Source of the DNA: a bacterium
GTDB taxonomy: Bacteria > Desulfobacterota > DSWW01
Length of the DNA: 39,545 bases
Direction of reading: 5' to 3'
Assembly (NCBI GenBank): GCA_040756235.1
Contig: JBFLZG010000092.1
Span: 1 to 39,545 of the forward strand
Shown here in pieces: positions 11,110 to 20,926 of this stretch. The stretch's first letter is position 1, and every line of letters begins with the position of its first letter. Made by a program: the position numbers and the translations under genes. Below the pieces are notes generated by a model, which was not told where the DNA came from, did no database searches, and saw only the letters and a program-made list of their open reading frames with translations.

Positions 11110-11517
11110 ATGTCCGAGCAGAAGATTCGGGTATTGCTGGCCAAGAAGAAGATCGACGTGCACGGCCGGGGGACGAAGCTGCTGGCCCGCGAGTTGCGAG
11201 ACGCCGGCATGGAGGTCATTTACTATCGCTACGGGACTCCTGAGGAAATCGCCAACGTGGCCGTTCAGGAAGACGTGGACGTCGTGGGGGTCAGCATCAT
11301 GACCAGCGGCCACCTCGTGGTGGCCGAAAAACTGATCCCGGCCCTCAGGGCAAAGGGCATGAAAGACGTCCTCGTCATCATGGGCGGGGTCATTCCGGAG
11401 GTGGATTTCGGGCCTTTGAAGCAACTGGGGATCCACGAGGTCTTTCTGCCCGGATTGCCCGGGGAGCAGATCGCCGAATACATCAAGTCCCACATCGGCA
11501 ACGCGACTCTGGGCTGA
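11110..11517 (+). CDS. Cobalamin-binding small subunit 2
   Basis: KKKIDVHGRG keeps DxHxxG; VQEDVDVVGVSI, GGVIP; ATG after GGAGGAGG. Confidence 0.9.
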   Translation: MSEQKIRVLLAKKKIDVHGRGTKLLARELRDAGMEVIYYRYGTPEEIANVAVQEDVDVVGVSIMTSGHLVVAEKLIPALRAKGMKDVLVIMGGVIPEVDFGPLKQLGIHEVFLPGLPGEQIAEYIKSHIGNATLG

Positions 11518-11590
11518 TCGCCGAGGGGAGGCCCGGCGAGATCTGCCCGAACGCGCAGATGGTTCATCGACAGCCTCAGGAGGTGCGTCC

Positions 11591-12388
11591 ATGGCTTTTG
11601 CAACAATCATCCTGGACCAGAAAGAAGGAATCGCCACGATCACCTTCAACCGCCCGAAGGTGTTCAACGCCTACAGTGAAGAGATGTCCGAGGAGCTGAA
11701 GGCGGCGGTCAGGGACGTGGGCGAGGACGCGAGCATCCGGGTCCTCGTGCTGCGGGGGAGCGGTGAGAACTTCATGGCGGGCGCAGACATCTCGATGCTC
11801 AACTCCTGGGCCAAGGTGGCGGAGGAGCAGGGATGGGAGAAGGTGAAGGAGATCCTGGATCATCACTTCAGCCCGACCCTGCTGGAAAAGCTTCCGCAGC
11901 CGGTCATCGCGGCCGTGGATGGAATGGCCTGGGGCATGGGGAGCGAGATCGCACAGGGGTGTGATTTTCGCATCTGCACGACCAGGGCCTCTTTCGCCCA
12001 GCCCGAGATCAATCTGGGCATCATCCCCGGCGGGGGCGGAAGCCAGCGGCTCCCCAGGATCGTGGGCAAGGCCAAAGCCATGCAGATCATCATGACCGGC
12101 TCCCCCATCGGGGCCGACGAGGCTTACAAGTGGGGTCTGGTAAACGAGCTCGTCCCGCCCGAGGAGCTCGACAAGGCCGTGCAAAAGCTCATCAAGAAGA
12201 TCCTGGAGAAGAGCCCGCTCATGATCCGCTGGGCCAAGGAGTGCGTCAATCGGGTCCTGGACCACGACCTGCTCTCCGGCATCGACAAGGAGCTGACCCA
12301 GTTTTCCAAGACCTTCAACACGTACGATTCCAAGGAAGGCACCGCGGCCTTCCTGGAGAAGAGAAAGCCGAAGTTCCTGGGCAAGTAG
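11591..12388 (+). CDS. Enoyl-CoA hydratase (crotonase family)
   Basis: FMAGADI, GMGSEI and QPEINLGIIPGGGGSQRL (both catalytic Glu present), EGTAAFLEKRKPKF. Confidence 0.92.
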   Translation: MAFATIILDQKEGIATITFNRPKVFNAYSEEMSEELKAAVRDVGEDASIRVLVLRGSGENFMAGADISMLNSWAKVAEEQGWEKVKEILDHHFSPTLLEKLPQPVIAAVDGMAWGMGSEIAQGCDFRICTTRASFAQPEINLGIIPGGGGSQRLPRIVGKAKAMQIIMTGSPIGADEAYKWGLVNELVPPEELDKAVQKLIKKILEKSPLMIRWAKECVNRVLDHDLLSGIDKELTQFSKTFNTYDSKEGTAAFLEKRKPKFLGK

Positions 12389-12446
12389 TCGGCACGGGAA
12401 GGCGGATCCAACCGTCCAGAGGACACCGGAGAGAGGAATCCCGAAC

Positions 12447-13211
12447 ATGGGCACCGAGCTGTTTTCGCTCAAAGGCAAAGTGGCTGTGGTCACCGGAGGG
12501 AGCAAGGGCATCGGCAAGGCGATCGCGCTGGGCCTTGCAGACGCCGGGGCGGACGTGGTCGTGGCCAGCCGGACCCAGGCAGACCTGGACAAGGCGGCCG
12601 CAGAGGTTTGCGGCAAGGGACAGAGGGCCCTTGCCGTCGCCGCGGATACGACGAATCTCGACTCCATCCGGAATCTCGCGGCCAAGGCCATAGAGGCCTT
12701 CGGCAAGATCGATATCCTCGTCAACAACGCCGGACAAGGAGCGACGGTCCCGTTCCTCAAGATTCCGGTGGAGGAGTGGGACCGCATCCTGACCGTCAAC
12801 CTCAAGGGTTATTTTCTTTGCACCCAGGTCATCGGCGGTTACATGTTCAAGGCGAAATCGGGAAGGGTCATCAACATCTCCTCGGCCATGGGGTCGAGCC
12901 CGATGGGATTCATGGCTCACTATGCAGCCTCCAAGGGCGCCATCAATGCCATGACCAAGTCGCTGGCCCAGGAATGGGCCGCCCGCGGGATCACGGTCAA
13001 CGCCATCGCTCCCTCCTACTTCCTGACCGACATCAACAAGATCGCCTACGAGAACGAGACCACGAACAAGCTGATCATGTCCAAGACGCCCATGGGCCGC
13101 TGGGGACAGTTGGATGAAATCGTGGGGCTGGCGGTCTATCTCGCCTCCGACGCCTCCAGGTACATGACCGGAGCCATCCTCCCGTTGGACGGCGGCTGGA
13201 CTGCCGGATGA
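12447..13211 (+). CDS. Short-chain dehydrogenase/reductase
   Basis: TGGSKGIG, NNAG, NISS, YAASK, DGG. Confidence 0.92.
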   Translation: MGTELFSLKGKVAVVTGGSKGIGKAIALGLADAGADVVVASRTQADLDKAAAEVCGKGQRALAVAADTTNLDSIRNLAAKAIEAFGKIDILVNNAGQGATVPFLKIPVEEWDRILTVNLKGYFLCTQVIGGYMFKAKSGRVINISSAMGSSPMGFMAHYAASKGAINAMTKSLAQEWAARGITVNAIAPSYFLTDINKIAYENETTNKLIMSKTPMGRWGQLDEIVGLAVYLASDASRYMTGAILPLDGGWTAG

Positions 13212-13248
13212 GCCTAACTTTCTAACACGAAGAAAAGGAGAATGGCCG

Positions 13249-15042
13249 ATGCCTGAGATCCGCTCGAAACTGGGGAGCCTCCCCGACATAGGCAAGTACA
13301 TCCGGCCCGGAAGCTTCGTTGCGATCGGCGGCGGGTGGAGCTGCAACAAGCCCATGGCCGTCATCCGAGAGATCGTCCGCCAGAACATCACGGGCCTCAA
13401 GGTCATGTCGATCGTCGGCGGCTGGGAAATGGAATGGCTGCTGGCCGCCGGCGCTGTGGAGCATCTGGTTTTCAGCTTCCTGAGCCTCGAGTCCTTTGGC
13501 TTGCCGCCGAATTTCCGGCGCGTCGCCGAGCGGAAGCTGATCCGGCTCTCCGAAATCGAGGGCTGCAGCATGATCAAAGGGCTTCAGGCTGCGGGTCAGG
13601 GCCTGCCCTTCGCCGCTTTCAAGGGCCCCAAGGGGTCGGACATCATCAAGGAGGCTCCGGAGCTCTACAAGACCGTGAACTGCCCCTTCACGGGCCAGGA
13701 GCTGACCGCGATCCAGGCCATCGCGCCGGACGTGGCCGTGATCCATGCCCAGCAGGCCGATGAGCAGGGAAACGTGCAGATCTTCGGCACCTCGGCCTCG
13801 GACCTGGACATGGCGAAGGCCTCCAAGGCCGTGATCGTGACGGTCGAGAGAGTCGTCTCGTCCGACGCTCTCCGGGAGAGCAAGTCTGCGACCCTCCTGT
13901 TCCGCAACGAGGTCGATCTGGTCGTCCCCTGCCCCTACGGCGCGAGCCCTTGCAGCTCCGTTCCTTTCTACAGCGCCCATCTCACGCAGATGATGAAGGA
14001 CAGCCAGGGACTGGCCAGCCCCAAGACCGCTCCCGAGTACATCCGTGAGCTCATCGGGAAGGACGAGCAGGCGTACTGGGCAAACGTCGGCGGCGCCGAG
14101 AGCCAGCGCAAGCTGGCGGCGCTCGCCCAAAGGGTGGATCGGATCGAGTTCCCGGCCAGGCTCACGAAAGAGCCTGCCGACAAGGTGGAAGTGGCGGACC
14201 AGATGGTCGCAAGCCTGGCCAGGACCATCGAGGACGGGGACTCCATCGTCCTCGGCTCGTTCACCCCGCTGGCCTACGCAGCCTACATGCTGGCCAAGCT
14301 CACGCACGCGCCGAACGCTTTCATCGTAGGATACAGCGGCGTGGATCCCTACCCGTTCCCGCTCGGCTTCCACACCTCCGAGGCGGCCTGCACGAAGTTC
14401 GCCGCAGGGCTCTGGTCCATGACCCAGTGCATCGAAGCGCTCCATCTCCGAGGCAAGGGCGATGTCGAGGCGGTCTCCAGCGCCCAGCTCGATGCCAACG
14501 GAGACATCAACATCTCCTGGCTCCCCATGCCCGTCCGTGACGCGAGCGGCCAGCCGACCGGACAGATGAACCCGCGCGGCTTGAGACTGCCCGGCGGGGC
14601 CGGAGCACCTGTCGTTTACGGACTGCACAGGAAGAGCATCGCGTATTTCGCCAACCACTCCAAGATGGTCTTCGTGCCGAAAGTGAATTATGTCACCGGC
14701 ACCCGCTTCTACTTCTCGGAAAAAGAGCGGCTCGCGCAGGGACTTCAGCCCGGCCCCATGATCGTGGTCACCAACCTCGGGGTCATGGAAATGGTCGAGC
14801 GCGGCAGTTGGATGGTCCGTTCGCTTCACCGGGGTGTGGCGGCAGACGACCTCCTTAAGAATACGGGCTTCGAGGTGAAAATCCCGGCGGCTTGCCCGAC
14901 CACGCCGCCGCCGACGAGTCAGGAGGTCGAGCTGATCCGTCAGATCGACCCGCAGGGGATCCGCTTCCTGGACTTCATGAGCGGCAAGGAGCGGGCCCAG
15001 AAGCTGCCGGCCATTCTCGAGGCTGAATGGGCGTCGGTGTAG
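13249..15042 (+). CDS. Fused alpha+beta family I CoA-transferase-like protein (GctAB/IpdAB group) lacking the canonical catalytic Glu
   Basis: IGGGWSCNKPMA, CPFTG, PDVAVIHAQQADEQGN, PYGASP in alpha half; HAPNAFIVGYSG, AQLDANGDIN, RLPGGAG, VVTNLGVM in beta half. Confidence 0.85.
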   Translation: MPEIRSKLGSLPDIGKYIRPGSFVAIGGGWSCNKPMAVIREIVRQNITGLKVMSIVGGWEMEWLLAAGAVEHLVFSFLSLESFGLPPNFRRVAERKLIRLSEIEGCSMIKGLQAAGQGLPFAAFKGPKGSDIIKEAPELYKTVNCPFTGQELTAIQAIAPDVAVIHAQQADEQGNVQIFGTSASDLDMAKASKAVIVTVERVVSSDALRESKSATLLFRNEVDLVVPCPYGASPCSSVPFYSAHLTQMMKDSQGLASPKTAPEYIRELIGKDEQAYWANVGGAESQRKLAALAQRVDRIEFPARLTKEPADKVEVADQMVASLARTIEDGDSIVLGSFTPLAYAAYMLAKLTHAPNAFIVGYSGVDPYPFPLGFHTSEAACTKFAAGLWSMTQCIEALHLRGKGDVEAVSSAQLDANGDINISWLPMPVRDASGQPTGQMNPRGLRLPGGAGAPVVYGLHRKSIAYFANHSKMVFVPKVNYVTGTRFYFSEKERLAQGLQPGPMIVVTNLGVMEMVERGSWMVRSLHRGVAADDLLKNTGFEVKIPAACPTTPPPTSQEVELIRQIDPQGIRFLDFMSGKERAQKLPAILEAEWASV

Positions 15043-15056
15043 CCACGGGTGAGCGT

Positions 15057-15088
15057 CCAGCGCATCAAGGACGTGAAGGCGAAGAGGG
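15057..15088 (+). pseudogene. 32-nt fragment of a mutase large-subunit gene in an intergenic spacer
   Basis: 30/32 identical to 2303-2334 (QRIKEVKARR vs QRIKDVKAKR). Confidence 0.6.
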
Positions 15089-15092
15089 GACC

Positions 15093-16943
15093 ATGGCCAA
15101 AGAGCTCGTCGACATGCGCGATGTCCGATTCGTCCTGTTCGAGCAGCTCGAGGTGGACAAGTATCTCTCTGCCGAGCTCAAGCAGGACTATGACCTCGAG
15201 ACCCTGGGGATGGTGCTCAACGAGGCCTACAAGCTCGCCCTCACGGCCCTGGCCCCCACCAATAAGGATGGAGACAAGGTGGGATGCCGGTTCGAGGGAG
15301 GAAAGGTCATCCTGCCGGACTCCTTCAAGAAGGCGTACGGGCTGATCTCGGAAGGCGGCTGGAACGTGGTGGCGGACGCCCGAGAGGTGGGCGGCCAGGG
15401 GCTGCCGCAGGCGATCGACAGCTGCTGCCGGGAGATGTTCGAAGCGGCCAACGTGGCGTTCAGCAACCTCATCAACCTGACCCACGGCGCGGCCAAGCTC
15501 ATCGAGATCTTCGGCACCCCGGAGCAGAAAGAGACCTACCTGGGCAAGATGTACCAGGGCATCTGGAGCGGGACCATGTGCCTGACCGAGCCGGCGGCCG
15601 GGACCGACCTGGGCGCGATCCAGACCACGGCGACTCGAAATCCCGACGGCACGTACTCCATCCGCGGGACCAAGATCTTCATCACCGGGGCCGAGCAGGA
15701 CCTGACCGAGAACATCATCCACATGGTGCTGGGCCGGGTCGAAGGCGCTCCGGCAGGGACCCGCGGGCTGAGCGTCTTTCTCGTGCCCAAGTTCCGGGTG
15801 GAAAACGGCCGGATCGCGCGTCCCAACGACGTGGTCTGCACCGGGATCGAGGAAAAGATGGGCAATCACGGCTCCTGCACCTGCGCCATGAACTTCGGCG
15901 ACAACGACGGCTGCATCGGCTATCTCGTCGGCAAGGAGCAGCAGGGCATCATGGTCATGTTCCACATGATGAACGAGGCCCGGCACGGCGTGGGCTCCCA
16001 GGGGCTGGCGGTCGGGAGCGCGGCCTACCTCGCGGCCCTTGCCTATGCCAAGGAGCGCCTGCAGGGAGTTCCTTTCACCAAGACCCGCGAGCCGGACGCA
16101 CCGAGGGTCCCCATCATCGAGCACCCGGACGTGCGCTTCATGCTCATGAAGATGAAGGCCTGGGTGGAGGGGTGCCGGGCCCTGGTCTGCTACCATGCTC
16201 ACTGCATGGACCGCGCGGAACAGGCGGAATCCGAGACCGAGAAGAATCAGTGGCAGGGCATGGTGGAGCTCCTGACCCCGATCGCCAAGGCCTACTCCAC
16301 GGACCGCGGCTTCGACATCTGCTCCCTGGCGGTCCAGACCCTGGGCGGCTACGGCTACTGCAGCGAATATCCGGTCGAGCAGTTCCTCAGAGACGTGAAG
16401 ATCACGGCGATCTATGAGGGTACGAACGGCATTCAGGCCATGGACCTGGTCGGGCGCAAGATCGCCATGAGAAAAGGCGAGCTTCTCAAGGCCTTCCTGG
16501 AGGAAATCGACCGGACGATCCAGCTGGCCAGGGCCGATCGATCGCTTTCCCCTTACGCTTCGAGAATGGAAGACTCGAAGCAGCTCATCGAAGACAGCGC
16601 GCGGCGTCTCATCGAAGAACAGCGTTCCTCCGAAGCAGCGGTGGCCCTCTCCAAGGCCACGGCTTATCTGGAGGCCTTCGGCGACGTCGTCCTCGGATGG
16701 CAATGGCTGTGGCAGCTCTGTCTCGCCCGGCAGGCGCTCGAGAAACTGCTGGCGCAGAGGGGCAAAGACTTTGAGAGCCTGGACTGCAGAGCCCCGGGCG
16801 ACGACGAGGTGGCCTTCTACGTCGGCAAGATCGAGACCGCCAAGTTCTACCTGGAGCGGGTGCTGCCGGCGGTGGGTGGCAAGCTGGAGTGCCTGAAGTC
16901 GAAGGCTGCCGGATTCCTGGGGATGGGATCCGACTGTTTCTGA
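15093..16943 (+). CDS. Large acyl-CoA dehydrogenase (FadE5/DmdC-type)
   Basis: GGQGLP, LTHGA, TMCLTEPAAGTDLG, GTKIFIT, EEKMGNHGS, MFHMMNEAR, LGGYGY, IYEGTNGIQAMDL. Confidence 0.92.
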   Translation: MAKELVDMRDVRFVLFEQLEVDKYLSAELKQDYDLETLGMVLNEAYKLALTALAPTNKDGDKVGCRFEGGKVILPDSFKKAYGLISEGGWNVVADAREVGGQGLPQAIDSCCREMFEAANVAFSNLINLTHGAAKLIEIFGTPEQKETYLGKMYQGIWSGTMCLTEPAAGTDLGAIQTTATRNPDGTYSIRGTKIFITGAEQDLTENIIHMVLGRVEGAPAGTRGLSVFLVPKFRVENGRIARPNDVVCTGIEEKMGNHGSCTCAMNFGDNDGCIGYLVGKEQQGIMVMFHMMNEARHGVGSQGLAVGSAAYLAALAYAKERLQGVPFTKTREPDAPRVPIIEHPDVRFMLMKMKAWVEGCRALVCYHAHCMDRAEQAESETEKNQWQGMVELLTPIAKAYSTDRGFDICSLAVQTLGGYGYCSEYPVEQFLRDVKITAIYEGTNGIQAMDLVGRKIAMRKGELLKAFLEEIDRTIQLARADRSLSPYASRMEDSKQLIEDSARRLIEEQRSSEAAVALSKATAYLEAFGDVVLGWQWLWQLCLARQALEKLLAQRGKDFESLDCRAPGDDEVAFYVGKIETAKFYLERVLPAVGGKLECLKSKAAGFLGMGSDCF

Positions 16944-17002
16944 AGCGGAGGACGCTTGGCCGGCCGCGCTCGCGGCGGTGGGGCCGGCGCAAAGGCAGGG
17001 CC

Positions 17003-18181
17003 ATGATCGAGCTGCTCGAGGGAATCCGCATCGTCGACCTGACCCGGTTGCTCCCCGGCCCGCTCTGCACCATGTATCTGGCGGACATGGGCGCAGAGGT
17101 CATCAAGATCGAGGACACCACCTCCGGCGACTACACCCGCTGGGACCCACCCAAGGTCAAGGAGAACTCCGCCTTCTTTCTCCTCATGAACCGCAACAAG
17201 AAGAGCATGCGCCTGAACCTGAAGGCGCCGGAGGGCCGGGAGGTCTTCTGCAGGCTGGTTCGAGGGGCCGACGTGATCGTCGAGCAGTTCCGGCCCGGCG
17301 TGGTCGAGAAGCTCGGCATCGACTACGCCTCCATGAAGGCGATCCGGCCGGGAATCGTCTACTGCTCTCTGACCGGCTACGGCCAGGATGGCCCCTACCG
17401 GGACCGGGCGGCCCACGACATCAACTACATCGGATACGCGGGGCTCCTCGGTCAGACGGCCAGAAGGGGAGGCGTGCCGGTCGTGCCGGGCCTGCAGGTT
17501 GCCGACGAAGCCGGAGGCAGCCTGATGGCGGCGATGGGCATCCTGGCAGCCCTGATCGGACGGCAAAGGTCGGGCCGGGGGCGGTACGTGGACGTGGGGA
17601 TGCTGGACGGGGTCCTCTCTCTCATGATCATCGGCCTGGGCCACCTGTTCGGGTACGGGCAGTCACCGGGGAGGGGCGACGGGCTGCTGACCGGCGGGGC
17701 CCCCTGCTACGACGTGTACGAGACGAAGGACGGCAGGTTCATGGCGCTGGGCGCGCTGGAGCCGAAATTCTGGAAGGAGTTCTGCACGGCCGTGGGGCGG
17801 CCGGAGCTGGTGAGAGACCAGTTCCCTGGCGGGCAGAGACGCGAAGAGGTCCGCAGAGAAGTCGAGGCGATCTTCCGGGAAAGGACGCGCGACGAGTGGA
17901 GCGCCTTCTTCGCTCGGGTCGACGCATGCTGCACTCCCGTGCTGGACCTCGGGGAGACCGTCGAGGACGCGCACGTGCGGGCCAGGGGAATGGTCTTCGA
18001 GATGGATCACCCGGTCGAGGGCCGAATCCGGCAGCTCGGGTTCCCCATCAAGTTCAGCGACTCGGCCTTCGAGGTGCGCCGGCCTCCCCCCATGTGGGGC
18101 GAGCACACCGAAGAGGTGCTGAAGGAGCTGAGCTACACGAATGACGAGATCAAGCGCTTGCGCGAGAAAGGCGTGATCTGA
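17003..18181 (+). CDS. Family III CoA-transferase / alpha-methylacyl-CoA racemase-like protein (CaiB/BaiF)
   Basis: DLTRLLPGP, LADMGAEVIKIE, NRNKKS, FRPGV, TGYGQDGP, AHDINY, VADEAGG. Confidence 0.9.
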   Translation: MIELLEGIRIVDLTRLLPGPLCTMYLADMGAEVIKIEDTTSGDYTRWDPPKVKENSAFFLLMNRNKKSMRLNLKAPEGREVFCRLVRGADVIVEQFRPGVVEKLGIDYASMKAIRPGIVYCSLTGYGQDGPYRDRAAHDINYIGYAGLLGQTARRGGVPVVPGLQVADEAGGSLMAAMGILAALIGRQRSGRGRYVDVGMLDGVLSLMIIGLGHLFGYGQSPGRGDGLLTGGAPCYDVYETKDGRFMALGALEPKFWKEFCTAVGRPELVRDQFPGGQRREEVRREVEAIFRERTRDEWSAFFARVDACCTPVLDLGETVEDAHVRARGMVFEMDHPVEGRIRQLGFPIKFSDSAFEVRRPPPMWGEHTEEVLKELSYTNDEIKRLREKGVI

Positions 18182-18274
18182 GAGTACCGTCCGTACGCAA
18201 TCCCCTCGAGCCATGGTCACCGGCTGTTCCTGGAAGATCTTCTCCCCGGCCGCGGCTCTTGGGACAAGCTCTGA

Positions 18275-19795
18275 CTAGGGCTTTCCCCTCGGAATCCGGA
18301 GCCGCGTCTTCACGATCTTGCCGAGGGCGTTCCTCGGGAAGAAATCCGGCTCCACGAATTCGACCGCCTCGAGAGTCTTGAAGTTGGCAAGCTTCTGGCG
18401 GCAGAGGCCCAGCAGCTCTTCTGCGGTTGCCGTCGCGCCGTCCCGGAGCACCACGAACGCCTTGGGGACCTCGCCCAGCCTCTTGTGAGGGATTCCGACG
18501 ACCGCCACCTCCCTGATCCTGGGATCCTGGGCCAGCACACGTTCGATCTCGGCCGGATACACGTTGAACCCGCCCCGGATGATCATGTCCTTTTTTCGAT
18601 CCACGATGAAGAGGTGGCCTTCCTCGTCGAAGCGGCCCAGATCGCCGGTGGCGAACCACCCTCCCCGGAGGCTCTCCCCCGTGTCATTCCAGTAGCGCGC
18701 GAGCGCCCTCTCGGCGCCGATCTGGATCTCCCCGACCTGGCCGGCCTCCACCGGAGACCCGTCCTCTCCGGCGATTCTGAGCCGGATGTAGGGCAGCACC
18801 CGGCCGACGGAGACCCCTTTCGGTGGAGCCAGGGGATCCTCGCAGGCTGCGATCAAGGCGATCTCGGTCATGCCGTAGCAATGGATGATGCGAAATCCGA
18901 ACTTCCTCTCGAATTCCCTCCTGAGATCGAGCGCAAGGGGGGAGCCGGCGCAGATGCCGAAGCGCACCGTGCTCAGGTCCACTTCCAGCTCACGGGAAGC
19001 CGCGTGGATCATGTGGTAGATGGTGGGTACTGCGCTGAAAAAGGTTGCCTTCTCCTTGCCGACGGCCTCGAGGAAGCCACGGGGTTCGAACTTCTCGAGG
19101 AGCACCACGGTCCCGCCCGTGTGCATGGCCATGCCCGCCTGGATGAGAAAGGCAACGAGCTGAAAAAAAGGCAGCGCTGCGATGATGACATCGTCCGACC
19201 CCAAACCCAGGTGGGCGGAAATCCCTTCGAGGTGGAAACGCAGGTTCTCTTGGGGGTGCAGCGCCCCCTTGGGAAAACCGGTGGTCCCGGAGGTATAAGC
19301 GATGACGGCTCCCGCACCGGGCTCGATCTCTGCCGGTGAAGCCTCAGGACACCCGCGTTCCTGTAAGGATTCGAAGGTGAGCGCGCTCTTCGCCTCGGAC
19401 TCTCCGGCCGCGGCGACGATCACGTGCATCATCCCTTGCCGTGCCCTCTCCGAACCGGCAACCAGCGGCAGATAGTTCCCGTGCACGATGATCGCTTTGG
19501 GTTCGGCGTCGCCGAGCAGGTGGTTGGTCTCGTCCTCCTTGAACATCGTGTTGATGCTGAAGGTGATGATCCCGAGCTTCATGGCTGCGTAAAAGGCAAC
19601 TATGAATTCCGGGCAGTTGGGCATGAGAAGGGCGAGCCTGTCCCCTTCTCTCAGCCCTAATGTGCCGAGGCCGCACGCCACGCGTTCTACTGCATTCAGG
19701 AGCTCGCGGTAGGAGATCCGCTTGCGCCCCGCAACGACGGCCGTCTTCTCGGGGTGAAGGAGAGCGTTTCGAACAAAAGTGCCGTAGAGACTCAC
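18275..19795 (-). CDS. Acyl-CoA synthetase (long-chain fatty acid-CoA ligase family)
   Basis: [45 protein letters not shown]; start uncertain (GTG 19795 or TTG 19834). Confidence 0.9.
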   Translation of the reverse strand: MSLYGTFVRNALLHPEKTAVVAGRKRISYRELLNAVERVACGLGTLGLREGDRLALLMPNCPEFIVAFYAAMKLGIITFSINTMFKEDETNHLLGDAEPKAIIVHGNYLPLVAGSERARQGMMHVIVAAAGESEAKSALTFESLQERGCPEASPAEIEPGAGAVIAYTSGTTGFPKGALHPQENLRFHLEGISAHLGLGSDDVIIAALPFFQLVAFLIQAGMAMHTGGTVVLLEKFEPRGFLEAVGKEKATFFSAVPTIYHMIHAASRELEVDLSTVRFGICAGSPLALDLRREFERKFGFRIIHCYGMTEIALIAACEDPLAPPKGVSVGRVLPYIRLRIAGEDGSPVEAGQVGEIQIGAERALARYWNDTGESLRGGWFATGDLGRFDEEGHLFIVDRKKDMIIRGGFNVYPAEIERVLAQDPRIREVAVVGIPHKRLGEVPKAFVVLRDGATATAEELLGLCRQKLANFKTLEAVEFVEPDFFPRNALGKIVKTRLRIPRGKP

Positions 19796-19997
19796 TGCCT
19801 CATGCCCGGGCAACGGGGTAGGCCAAAACCACAAACGTGCAGCCCCTGCATTCTTTTCGCGGGACCGGCGCTTCGACGACGAAGGCCGTGGTAAGGCCCC
19901 GGTGCCGCGTTGCGCTCTTTGTCGTTCCCGCGGCGCATGTGAGCCAACCTCGTTCCCTTCATCAGGTTCATCTGGAACCAGGAAATCTTCGAGGCCT

Positions 19998-20846
19998 TCA
20001 GCTGTACTTGTAGAAGCCCTGCTTGGTCTTCCGGCCCAGCTTCTTCTGCTGGATCATCTGCTCCCACAGGGGAGAGGGCTTGTAGCGCACGTCGCCCGTG
20101 GCCTCGTAGACCGCCTTGAGCGCGTAATAGCAGACATCCACGCCGGCCAGGTCCGCCACCTGCAGGGGGCCCATCGGGTGATTGGCGCCGAGCCGCATGG
20201 CGAGGTCGATGTCCTCGGCGCTGGCGGTCCCGTTGTAGACCAGGTTCGCCCCTTCGTTGTACAGCAGGAGCATGAAGCGGTTGACGATGAAGCCCGGGAC
20301 GTCCTTCACCACGATCGGGGTCTTGCCCAGCTTCTTTCCCGCCTCGAGCGCCGTCCGGAGGGTCGCCTCCGAGGTCTTCTCCCCCCTGATCACCTCGACC
20401 AGGTTCATGAGAGGGACGGGGCTGAAGAAGTGCATGCCCACCACCCGTTCAGGGCTGCCCGTGGCGGCCCCGATCGCGGTGATGCTCAGGGTGGAGGTGT
20501 TGGAGGCCAGCACGGTGGCGGCAGGGGTCTTCCGGTCCATCTCGGCGAATATCTTCTTTTTCGCTTCGAGATTTTCGATGATGGCCTCGATCACCAGGCC
20601 CGCTCCCGCCAGGGCCTCCTCCAGGCGGACGGTCGTGTGAAGCCGGCCCAGGATCGTGCGCGCTTCATCGCCCGTGATCTTGCCCTTTTCCGCCTTCCGC
20701 TTGATGAACCCTTCGATCGTGCCCCTGCCCTTGGCGACGAAGGCCTCCTCGATGTCGCAGAGCGACACGGCGATACCCGACTCGATCGCCACCTGCGCGA
20801 TTCCCGATCCCATGGTGCCGGCACCGATCACTGCGATTTTTTCCAT
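19998..20846 (-). CDS. hbd: 3-hydroxyacyl-CoA (3-hydroxybutyryl-CoA) dehydrogenase
   Basis: [48 protein letters not shown]. Confidence 0.92.
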   Translation of the reverse strand: MEKIAVIGAGTMGSGIAQVAIESGIAVSLCDIEEAFVAKGRGTIEGFIKRKAEKGKITGDEARTILGRLHTTVRLEEALAGAGLVIEAIIENLEAKKKIFAEMDRKTPAATVLASNTSTLSITAIGAATGSPERVVGMHFFSPVPLMNLVEVIRGEKTSEATLRTALEAGKKLGKTPIVVKDVPGFIVNRFMLLLYNEGANLVYNGTASAEDIDLAMRLGANHPMGPLQVADLAGVDVCYYALKAVYEATGDVRYKPSPLWEQMIQQKKLGRKTKQGFYKYS

Positions 20847-20926
20847 AGCGCCGCTCTCCTTTCTTCAGGTCTGCTTCCGCACTGGACGATGTCACGAAAC
20901 GCTTATCGCTCCAGGGGCCGTACGGA

